NCBI GenBank assembly: GCA_002269645.1
Contig: NIVC01003996.1
Location: forward strand, 2,001-66,000
DNA: 64,000 nucleotides
Origin: Macrostomum lignano
Lineage: Eukaryota
Direction of reading: 5' to 3'
The notes under the pieces were generated by a model that was not told the DNA's origin, did no database searches, and worked only from the letters and a program-made list of their open reading frames with translations. The translations under genes were made by a program, and so were the position numbers. The stretch's first letter is position 1, and every line of letters starts with the position of its first letter. This document shows positions 1-10,400 of this stretch, one piece after another.

Positions 1-289
1 ACTTAAATTCAAGCGATGTTTGTCCGTTTATTTGTCAATTTTATATCTCTCTGAAACTATACTGGCCAAACTTTGATGGGATGACATGCAGCGGCAGAAG
101 GAGAGCGCGGACCCAGAATAGAAGCCTTCAATTACAGACAGGATCATTGACAATACTAGCATCAGCAGCAGCCGGTGCCAACAGTTTCCCATTGATTTCT
201 GAAACTCTGGAGCAGAGGTCGGCAAACTCCGGCCCGCAACCCTCTCAACCCTCTTTGAAACTTCACTCAATGTACAAGGTTTGCAGTCT

Positions 290-835
290 CAATTCGACTC
301 TCTTCTCTATCCCTTCTGCTCTACCTTCTTGCCTCGCCTTTTTTCTCCCCTCTTTTATCTTTGTTTCCACTCCTAACTCTCCCCTTTCCCTTCTCTCTCT
401 CCCCTCTCTCCCCCTCTTCCCCCTTTTCTCTCTCCCCTCTTCTCTTATCTTCAGCAAAAATGTCGGAAAATTTTCTTACTTCGAATGAGAGGGAATAGAA
501 GATTAAAGACAAGCAAACAGAGGAGAGGCGAGAGATTCGATATGAGAGAAAAGGTAGAAGAGAAGAGAAGAGAAGAGGGGAGGAGAGAGATCAGAGAGAA
601 GAGCAGAGGAGAGGAGAGAGGAGAGGAGAGAGGAGAGAAGATGGGAGAGAAGCGAGGGGAGAGGGGAGAGAGGTGGGAAGGGAGAGAGGAGAAGTGAGAA
701 CAGAGAGAGTACGCAGAGAGGTGGCAGATATGAGAGAGTAGAGAGGAGACATGAGAGAGTAGAGAGGGAAGAGAAGAGAGCAGAGAAAAGAAAAGAGAAA
801 GGAAAGAGAAGAGAGAAGGCGGAAGAGAAGAGTGA
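290..835. repeat. CT-rich tract followed by GA-rich tract
   Basis: Polypyrimidine sequence at ~290-450 and polypurine sequence at ~500-835. Confidence 0.85.
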
Positions 836-2476
836 GGATGTATTTTGCTACGAATTTTCTTATTAGCTTATTTTTTCAAACAAAATGTTTATGATTGAAA
901 AATATAGTTGATGAAAGCTTCTTGCATTTTTAATGAAATATGCACACAATGAAAATGCACAACAGAAATACAATAAGTCATTGTTCGAAGACGAATCTGA
1001 ATTTTTCAAATGCTAGTGTACATGCGAATTGATTTGAGCAATCTTTCACTCGCGAAGCTACTGGCCCACAAGGCTCTTGTAATTGCATTTATTTTTCATA
1101 AACAGTGTCTATCGTATAATATCCACGAACATGCACGTTGACGTCACCCGGGGCTATATTAAAACACCTTGCGCAACCCCTGGGCAACGCTGAAAGGTAC
1201 AGCTACATGTATATAGCTACCAGACCTCGTCCCTAGACTGTCCGCCTCTGGATGGTGCGGTAGCTGACATTGCGGCAAAGATTCCATTATCTGGACAGCA
1301 GGCCCGGGCTGTTTGAAAGACACCCTATTCACTCTTATTTCTAGTCCCGAGATCATGCGTCATGCGATCACGTGAGCGTCATGCGTGTGATATTGAAGGC
1401 CGTGACTTGTCCTTGACCTCCGCTGTACCAAGCAACCCTGATGACGTCACCCGTCAGCCCCGATGTGATTGGACGAGAAATTTGAGTGGTAACGTAACAG
1501 GCAGGATAAAGCTTGGGAAAGATAGGAGGGAAAATAGGGGTCATAAAACTGTCACACGCATGAATGATTTCAAAAAAGAAAGAATCGGTGCGGTTGGCGC
1601 GCGGGGGAATGTGGTGGGCGATAAGCATGAGTCATCACAGGAATCATAGGGAAAGAAGGGAGGGTGCGCTAAAGTTATTGGGGCCCAGCTGACGTGCAAT
1701 CAAGGTAGTGTATATGACATAATCCACACAGCTAAACTTACATTCACCATTCATGCAGATTTGAAATGATTAAAGTGACTTATACGGTGTGAAAACTATT
1801 GTGTATAGTATGTATACCTTAATTTGTGTTCGCACCTCGCATACACTACACCACAAATCAATTTTAATAATTTAGACTAATTGCTAGTCGAAAATTAAGT
1901 AATTGATGAACTTCTGATTGTTTATATAAGCCTTTTATTGTTGAAAAAACTTACGGGTACTCAACACGGACGACAGGGCGCCTAAAACTTGCAATGTTTG
2001 GCGTATCTCTAGAACTCAATGCTCTATTGCTGTGAAAAAGTCAACTTGGCTCAATATCACTCAGGAATGCCTTGGCCCCCCGTCTCTAACATTTAGTTAT
2101 AATAATGGATTGAGTGGCCAGAGCAGAAGTGAGGACGCTCTCTCATGGGTGACAGAGGTCCAGTAAGCACTTAGGACTATCTAGGACACTGAAGGTTAGC
2201 CCTAAGCAGCTGCATTGTCCACATGAGGATACAAGTATTTAAACGTCCATGAGCTGAGAGGCCAAGCCATGAAATTCCAAGCCCAATAAAACAGTCTTCA
2301 TTTTCATTTCTCTTCCCATTAAAGCATTGAAAAATGCACTATAGCAAAAAATATAAATTGTGAGCAAGTGTCTGGATGAATTCTCCTCCTCTTGCAAATA
2401 AATCAGCAGAAAATCATTGGATACTTACAAATCAACTCAGCAAATTATAAACTTCAACAAAAGACAATACAATTAA

Positions 2477-3415
2477 ATGGCTCTTCACCAGATTCTACTG
2501 GTGTCTCTTGCGTCCGTTCTGCTCTGCACCTCTGAAGCCTCAATTTCCGGAGATCGCTACCCGGTCCTCCAGCGCACCTGCCTCAACAAGTCTTTGTCCG
2601 AGTGGACCCTCCCTAAGCCGGCCGTCTCCATTCTGCAGTGCATCTTTCTGAGTCGTCTGCAGAAGCTTTCAGCCAATCGGTGGCCCAGTTCAGCTCGCGA
2701 ACTGCCACCTGTTCGCTGTTTCTCTTCAGCCGAGTCTACCACCTGTTCAACCTGAGCAGCCCCGCTGATGGTCCGTCAGACGAGGCCAATTCGTTCAAGC
2801 TCGTTGTGGACTCAGAGCTTGACGTGCTCACCGCCAATCGGCACTTTGCCGCCGTGTGGCTCAGAGGCAGAGGCGAGCAACTCGAGAACCTCGTGTGCAG
2901 CGATGGCGGACAGAAGAACGCCGTCCAGCACACCGGAGTGACTTGGACTGACGAGGGCGCCAAGATGGACGGCCTGACATCCAGGATGTGGGTGGACGAC
3001 ACCGCCGGGTTTGAATTTAAGAAAACAGCTTCACGTTTCTGATGGAGCTGAAGAGGCAGCCGTAGATAAGTGCTTTCATTGAGCTCACCGACTGCAGCTT
3101 CAATTCTGGGAATGGGACCTACCCAAGGTGACTCGCAAGCTCTACATTCAAACCGGACACCGGAACTTGTTATCCATTAACCAGGAGCTGCTAATGATCA
3201 TGAACAGGACCTGTCTGTTCGTTGACGGTTCTTTTATTCCCGGCAACCAAGTGTCTCTCTACAACGTCAAATTTGCCAAAATAGACAACTTCTGCATGAA
3301 GATCAGCTGGCGCGACCTGACTGGCTCGAACTTCAAAATAAACGGCACCGTGAAGATGCTGGCCGTGTACAACTTCTACCTGACCGCCGACGTCATCAAC
3401 CGGCTGTTCAACTGA
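2477..3415 (+). pseudogene. Intronless secreted protein (signal peptide + PAN/apple-like + C-terminal LamG/ConA-like domain), disrupted
   Basis: Starts with signal peptide MALHQILLVSLASVLLCTSEA. PAN-like Cys pattern (CLNK..SILQCIFL..QSVAQFSSRTATCSLF) needs a frame change near 2660-2672. A second frame change near 3020-3026 continues KQLHVSDGAEEAAVDKCFH, then an in-frame TGA at 3080-3082, then AHRLQLQFW..., ending INGTVKMLAVYNFYLTADVINRLFN, which resembles a LamG3/pentraxin C-terminus. Domain calls are by eye. Confidence 0.6.
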
Positions 3416-4254
3416 GCGATTGTGAAGGATATGTCTCTGAAAATTAAAGTAAAGTAAATTAACTGTTGTAACGTTTACTGCTGCAGTTCAAAGTTCTCAG
3501 CAAAATTCACGAGCTGATACCGTTTTGCAACTGCATTCGATTACGTACTCAGCGTGTTTTCAGTTGTTGATACTAGCTAGATGCATATAGCAAGACCGTT
3601 ATAATTGGAGACCCTCAAGCCTAAGCTATCTGAAGCCGATACAGCGTCGCTGGGAAATGGGTACTTTTATATTTAACCGACGTTTTGCAGACGTATAACA
3701 GCGTTTATATATTAGTGTAGTATAAAAGACTGACATATTAGCTAGCGACGTCTATTGACAATCGGAAAGACGGAAATTGTTATGAAAATGTTGTATTAAT
3801 TTCAATATCTGTCCACTGTACAGCAGATCTGTATTCATTCGCGAAGATTTTTGTCATTAGCTAAAAAAATTATACATGCTGAGAACCTACAGTAAACTGA
3901 ATCGTCGCTTATTCCGTTATTCATTTCCAGATATTTTAGTAACCAACTTTCAGATGCTTTGCTATACTTCAAACTCACTTAATCCCATGTTAAATGCGCG
4001 TGAAAAGAAGATAGCTCACAAAAAAGTCTTATATGCAATGTGCATAGTACAGGTTCACTTTCATGGAAATTACATGGGCTGTCCTGAGAACTCTTAAACT
4101 TAGCTAACTGATTGCTTGACGAACTAATCGCAAGAGACAACTGAACCACCGGTGGAAAGTCCTTTGACGCGAGGTTCTCCTTTTGTTAGTATTTGTTCAG
4201 GAAAACCGAAGCACAATTAAAACTGCACAATTATGTAAAGAAATTCTAAATCCT

Positions 4255-4548
4255 CATTCAAGATCCCCTTCCCAGATCCTCATCCTAGATCCCCATCTCA
4301 AATCCCCATTCCGAATCCCCATTTCAGATCCCATCCCAGATCCCCATCCCAGATCCCCATCCCAGATCCCCATCCCAGATCCCCATCCCAGATCCCCATT
4401 CCAGATCCCCATCCCAAATCCCCATTCCGAATCCCCATTTCAGATCCCATCCCAGATCCCCATTCCAGATACACATCTCAGATCCCCATTCCAGATACAC
4501 ATCTCAGATCCCCATTCCAGATACACATCTCAGATCCCGATCCCAGAT
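4255..4548. repeat. ~12-13 bp minisatellite (CAGATCCCCATCC)
   Basis: Direct tandem copies visible. Confidence 0.9.
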
Positions 4549-4721
4549 TCTCAGAACTTTAAGGTTAGCCCAACCGGAAGTCAAAGTATATGCTTGAGAG
4601 GGTTTTGATGTACAGTAATAAAGTTTTGCATGAACACTTAATCGAGAAGGTTGCAACTTTCCAGGAAAACTGATGTTCTTAGACAAAGCTGTAATAAGTT
4701 TAGCAACGAATTTTTATGATT

Positions 4722-5069
4722 ATTAGAGATAGGGGCTGTGTGCACCCAGGCGCACTTTAAGCGACATTGTGACACAACCGGCGAGAGGCATTGCAGCCCA
4801 TTCCGCCGACTCCCCTGAGCAGGCACACAAGCGCGCGGATACGTATGCAGTCATACGCACAGGAGTGTACAGCGGCCCTAACTTTATTTATATCGTTAGG
4901 CATGTACACTTCACTGCGCCTTGGGGGTTGGCCTTTAAGGCCATTAATTGCACGAGCAGAGCCAAGCCGAGATTCCAATTCAGCCCCAAATTAATGTGAC
5001 TGCACTTGGAATCGAGCCTGGGCCGCTGGCACTTCGGAGCGCTGCGCTAGACCGCTGGGCTACGGCCCC
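4722..5069 (-). mobile_element. tRNA-derived SINE, family A, full length
   Basis: Reverse complement begins GGGGCCGTAGCCCAGCGG (A box) and contains GGCTCGATTCC (B box). Body is near-identical to the copy at 6477-6835. Confidence 0.85.
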
Positions 5070-5302
5070 GTAGCTACGACTTATGCAGCTGAAGGTTATA
5101 ATGTACTTCATTTCAATAAATGACAAATTCTAAATATATTGACCATAGAAATATCGATCTTTATTGGACAAGCACAGCCATTGAATCTGAAGAAATCTAA
5201 AATAGGAAAAAGAGCCAAAAGAAAGATTCAGCCTACAATTGAATTAAATCAACCACTCCCAGAAACCCCACAGTTCGATTATTATTCGGCCTGAGAATGA
5301 AA

Positions 5303-6461
5303 TCAGGATGCACTGAACACCTGTAGTCTCCTGTTGTAACTGTCAGCCACCACCAGCTGCTCACGCGGACCTCCCGTCACCATCGCCAGACCCAATGGAT
5401 ACGTGAATCCTCCGTCACCTCTGTCGCTCTCGCCCGGAGTCCCCAGAGTCCACAGCAACGACCCGTCGTTTGCAGCCACCGCTCGCACTGAATGACGCGA
5501 CCAATCACTCACGAAGAGGCGGCCTCTTCTGTCGACGGCCACATCCACTGTACCAGCAAACTGGTGGAGGCCGGAACGCTGAGTCGGGAAGGAGGCGACC
5601 AGCTGTTGGGTGTCGATGCTCACTCTGTGTACATGACTATGCGTCAATTCTGTCACCAGAATGCAGTTGTCGTGAGTCGCCAAGTTGCCCAATCGAGCAT
5701 CAGGAAGCTGAGACAGCGTGATGACCGTCTCCATCTGCCAAGTCGCTTTGCTGAGTGCAGCAATTTTGTTTCCACTGGACACAAACAGGGAAAGTACGTT
5801 GCTGCCGATTCCCCTGATGTCACAAAAGCCCTCAATGTGGTGGAAGGACACGACGCACCGCGCGACCGCTCAGATCCGTCACTGTCACTGCGTCATGCTG
5901 AGCAATAAACAGCAGCTGACGGTCGCAGTGAAGGCTCCATATGTGCTTCTTCCAGTCGATGTCGCATTGGCACCGCAACTTCTTTGAGCCGTCCACAGAC
6001 AGCACCAGTAGGTGGTCTCTGTTCGGATAGAATGATGCAAAGATGCAGGGATGATGCAGTGCTTTTCTGCGTTCTCTCACTGAGTCGGCGGGGACCACAC
6101 GGCCTGAGCGGTCACCAACGAATCCGCTGGTGTCGCTGCACACAGCCAGCCAATTAACAGGGCCATCCAGCTTCACCTCATGACTGAAAACCATCGGCCC
6201 CAACATTCTCTCTCTCTCAGCGGCTATATCTCTGTCTATCTCCTCGGATGTTGCGGTCACCGCAGCGTCTCTCGACCAGTCGCCCTCTTCACTGCGTCCC
6301 GCACAAATGCCGACCAACCGCTCGAGCTGGCCCAGAAGCCGCAGCTGCAGCTCCTCATTGTCGCTCTGGTCTCTGAGCAGGCGCTCTGACCTCTCAAAGT
6401 CGGCCTCCAAGTCTCCAAGCGATTCGTGCATGGACTGGACCAGGCGAAGCAGCTCCGCCAT
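5303..6461 (-). pseudogene. Intronless coiled-coil + NHL-repeat beta-propeller protein (TRIM/NHL-like), 1-bp frameshift near 5850
   Basis: ATG at 6461 (MAELLRLVQ, heptad-rich). ORFs 5832-6593 and 5303-5851 join at GRAVR/VSFHHIEG with a 1-nt shift. NHL repeats GTVDVAVDRRGRLFVSDWSRHSVRAV and FTYPLGLAMVTGGPREQLVVADSYNRRLQVF. Confidence 0.75.
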
Positions 6462-6476
6462 GTCGCCTGCAGCCTC

Positions 6477-6835
6477 CACCGTGGCCCACGGTAGCGCAGC
6501 TGTCTGGTGTGCCAGCGACTTAGGCTCGATTCCAAGTGCAGTCACATTAATTTTGGGCTGAATTGGAATCTCGGCTTGGCTCTGCTCGTGCAATTAACGG
6601 CCTTGAGAGCCAAACCCCCCAAGGCGCAGTGAAGTGTACATGCCTAACGATAAAATAAAGTTAGGGCCGCTGTACACTCCTGTGTGAGTGTGTGCCTGCG
6701 TACGTATCCGCGCGCTTGTATGCCTGCTCAGGGGAGTCGGCGGAATGGGCAGTAATGCCTCTCGCCGGTTGTGTGCCTATGTCGCTTAAAGTGCGCCAGG
6801 GTGCACACAACCCCCCTGCCTCTAATAAAAAAAAA
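6477..6835 (+). mobile_element. tRNA-derived SINE, family A, full length with A-rich tail
   Basis: Head CCGTGGCCCACGG..GGCTCGATTCC, shared body, and tail TCTAATAAAAAAAAA. Confidence 0.85.
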
Positions 6836-7469
6836 TACGTGTGAGGGTGGGTCAACCGGAAGACTAACTCAGTCCAGAATCGAATATAATGTACATTGCA
6901 CGGGTCTTACTCCACGGAAATTCCATGGTCAGTCCAGATAACTCTTCGACCTAATCACTTGTAATACATAAACATTTAGTCGTTTTTAGAATGAATCGCA
7001 GTGTATCCTCACCGCACGTATCTGTGCGAACCCCACAGACCTACGAATTTCTGTAAAAAACTTGGGTTGTTCACTACAGTTATAGTCAAGTGTTCATGCT
7101 ACTACAGTACTACTCTGACCCCAATGTAAAATGAGTAGTATGTAATGCACTAGGCCAGAAAATCTATTAGATTCTGGTCAAATTTGCAATTAGGGCTGGG
7201 TGTACATTCGATTTTGTACGCGGCGGGAGGTTGGGTGCAGAAATTCATGTCGCTTTGAGTCAAAACCCGTCTCCGATTGGCTCGTCTCTGAAAGACTTTT
7301 TAAAAAGGTCTTTTTAAAGTTATATCTGCGAGTAGAAATTGAAGCACTGACATTGAGCATTCATTCTATCATTTCGGCAACACTAAAGGTAGTCTCAGCC
7401 CTACAGATGAAGGATCAGCTTATTGGCAGCTCCGTTAGCTAATTATCGGTGCATCAACATTGAGCAGCC

Positions 7470-10400
7470 ATGCCATCTTTAAAAATCACCCGTAAAGTCT
7501 TCATCCTTGTTGTAATATTGGCGTGCAACACTGTCTGGTCGGTTGCAGATACTAAGTAAGTCCGATTACTTCGACTAATAGTTTTATCAAAGAGAGATAA
7601 TCAAGCTTGTGAATGACAGGAGCTCAAATTTCGCCACCTCGTGGATGTGGCGTCCACCGGCCCAGGAGAAAGGGGCGCCTACCAAGCTACAGGGGCGCCA
7701 CCCAAGAGACAGGGGCGCCAACTAAGAGACAGGGGCGCCTACCAAGAAACAGGGGCGCCTACCAAAAGACAGGGGCGCCACCCAAGAGACTGGGGCGCCA
7801 ACTAAGAGACAGAAGCGCCAGTAGGAGATAAGTAGAGACAGAGGCGCCCACCAAGAGACAGGGGCGCCCACCAAGAGACAGGGGCGCCACCCAAGAGACA
7901 GTGGCGCCCACCAAGAGACAGGGCCGCCCACCAAGAGACAGGGGCGCCCACCAAGAGACAGGGGCGCCCACCAAGAGACAGGGGCGCCCACCAAGAGACA
8001 GGGGCGCCCACCAAGAGACAGGGGCGCCCACCAAGAGCCGCCTTGCTTTCTGGCTTGTGGGTCAACTGTCGGCTAAACCAATAGGTCGTACTATAAAAAT
8101 TTACATCTATGTATTATCTACTCATAATTTAAGCCCATCTTCGGACCAGCACATTCACATTGCTGGCAGCCAGTCCGTTATGGTGGTTGGCGATGAACCT
8201 GACGCAGACACCGATTCTGAACAGCGACTCAAAGCGTGAGTCATGATTTGCTTTGTCTGTTGTATTATTTTCATGTATAAGTGACAGTCTATCTTAAATA
8301 TTAAGTAGATGCCATTTTAAATATGAGATGGTAGCAGCTGTTTACAAGCTTTCATGTGCATTTTTAGTCCATGAAATAGTTTTCGAAGTTAGAATGTCAT
8401 TTTTGAAGATTGGATGCCATCTTTGAATGTTGGATGCCATCTTGAAGGTTGGATACCATCTTTGAAGATTGGATGCCATTTTTGAAGATTTGATGCTATC
8501 TTTGAAGTCTCGATGCCATTTTTTAAGCTTGGATGCCATCTTTGAAGCTTGGATGCCATCTTTGAAGGCTCGATGCCATTTTTTAAGCTTGGATGCCATC
8601 TTTGAAGGCTAGATGCCATTTTTTAAGCTTGGATGCCATCTTTGAAGGCTCGATGCCATTTTTTAAGCTTGGATGCCATCTTTGAAGGCTAGATGCCATA
8701 TTTTTCAGCATGGATGCCATCCTCGAAGGCTCGATGCCATCTTTGAAGATTAGAGTCTCCAAGAATCTTCTCTATTCCTTTAAAGAAGGAAACAGTTGAT
8801 GCTACAATGTGCAGTCTTGATGGCGTGCAATGCATTCTAAATTAGCATCTCTGCTTAATAATACATAGATTAGGGCTAAAAAACACCGACGCTCCACAAG
8901 CATTCAAAAAAGGCGATACCAAAAAAACAAAAACCAATTCCTGCCGCCGATTCTCATTGCAGGAAAAACATTATCGATCGGCTGCTGCAGAACTACACGA
9001 GACAGAACAGTCCTCACGGAGGTGAGCCGCATGAGCACACCTTGCGTGTTTGAAGACAAGGGATGACTACATCCCCCCTCACTCTCTCTCTCACTCTCTC
9101 ACTCTGCATCCACAGGCTCTAGTCAAACACTTGAAACCTTGACAAACACTATTCCAGAAAAAAATATTTGCCGGAGGGCTTTGGGGCGCCCTGGCGCAAC
9201 CGCGTCGGCGACATCCTCCCGCAACCAGGGCTGACGGCAATTCTGCCATTCCGCAGACTCCTGAGCCATGCAAGCGCGCCAATACTGTACGCAGGCACAG
9301 CACTCATACACACGCTCACGCAGGGTGTACAGCAGCCTCCTGACTTTCTAATCGCACTTTACACTCTCTGCCTTGGAGGTTGGCCCATGGGGGTTGGTGA
9401 CTAAATGACTGATTGATTAGAAGAAGAGTGACAAGAAGACAGAGTGACTAGAAGACAGAGTGACTAGAAGACAGTGACTACAAGACAGAGTGACTAGAAG
9501 ATAGAGTGACAAGAGACAGACTGACTAGAAGATAGAGTGACAAGAGACAGACTGACTAGAAGATAGAGTGACTAGAAGACAGAGTGACTAGAAAACAGAA
9601 TGACTAGAAGACAGAGTGACAAGAATTCAGAGTGACTAGAAGACAGAGTGACTAGAAGACAGAGTGACTACAAGACAGAGTGACTACAAGACAGAGTGAC
9701 TAGAAGATAGAGTGACAAGAGACAGACTGACTAGAAGACAGAGTGACTACAAGATAGAGTGACTAGAAGATAGAGTGACAAGAGACAGACTGACTAGAAG
9801 ATAGAGTGACTAGAAGACAGAGTGACTACAAGACAGAGTGACTAGACGAAAAGTGCAAGGGTTTTAGAGTTCTTGCGATTCTAGCGATGCAGAAAAATTC
9901 ATTGAAAAGTTTATCCCTTAGTCAGTGACTTCCTTTGCCGTCGTAAATAATTTCTGTTTTGTCCTTGACGCCCTGTATGTATGGCTTAGGACAAGACTAA
10001 TTCCCTTTACATCCGATGCGAACCATGAGATTTACAGCTAGACTGCCTCTTTCTGTTGTTCATGTGAACGATATTTTTTGTTGCTAATGCTGACTGAAGG
10101 ATTATTCAAATGTATTTTCTATACCTCATTATTCATTATGATATGGTTATTTTTACACTGTAACATTGCCTATGATGATTAGAGTGGGCATCTAACGGAC
10201 CATAAATTACAATATGGTCTATACAACTGTTTGTCTCTTGTATAATTAGTATAAATCTGAAAGGCCTAATACGAACTATTGTTTATGATAAACATACTAG
10301 CTATATGGTAATTATATATCAACTTCAATATCTACAGACAAATGTACTTTTAATAATAGAACTGTACATCTACTTCAATATCTACAGACAAATGTACTTT

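Noticed and set aside
2030-2330. LTR-like segment with TATTTAAA and AATAAA
   Set aside because: No second copy, TSD, PBS or PPT is visible, so support is insufficient.
3080-3082. Selenocysteine or read-through interpretation of the in-frame TGA
   Set aside because: The gene also has two frameshifts and no SECIS-like structure was evident, so a nonsense mutation (probably TGG>TGA) is simpler.
4990-5069. tRNA gene calls at SINE heads (also 6477-6545 and 33996-34065)
   Set aside because: A and B boxes are present, but the sequence continues into repeated SINE bodies without a proper acceptor stem.
7901-8133. Continuous ORF from the GC-rich repeat into GluCl exon 2
   Set aside because: A proper signal-peptide exon with a GTAAGT donor at 7556 matches the phase of the 8134 acceptor, so this stretch is intronic.
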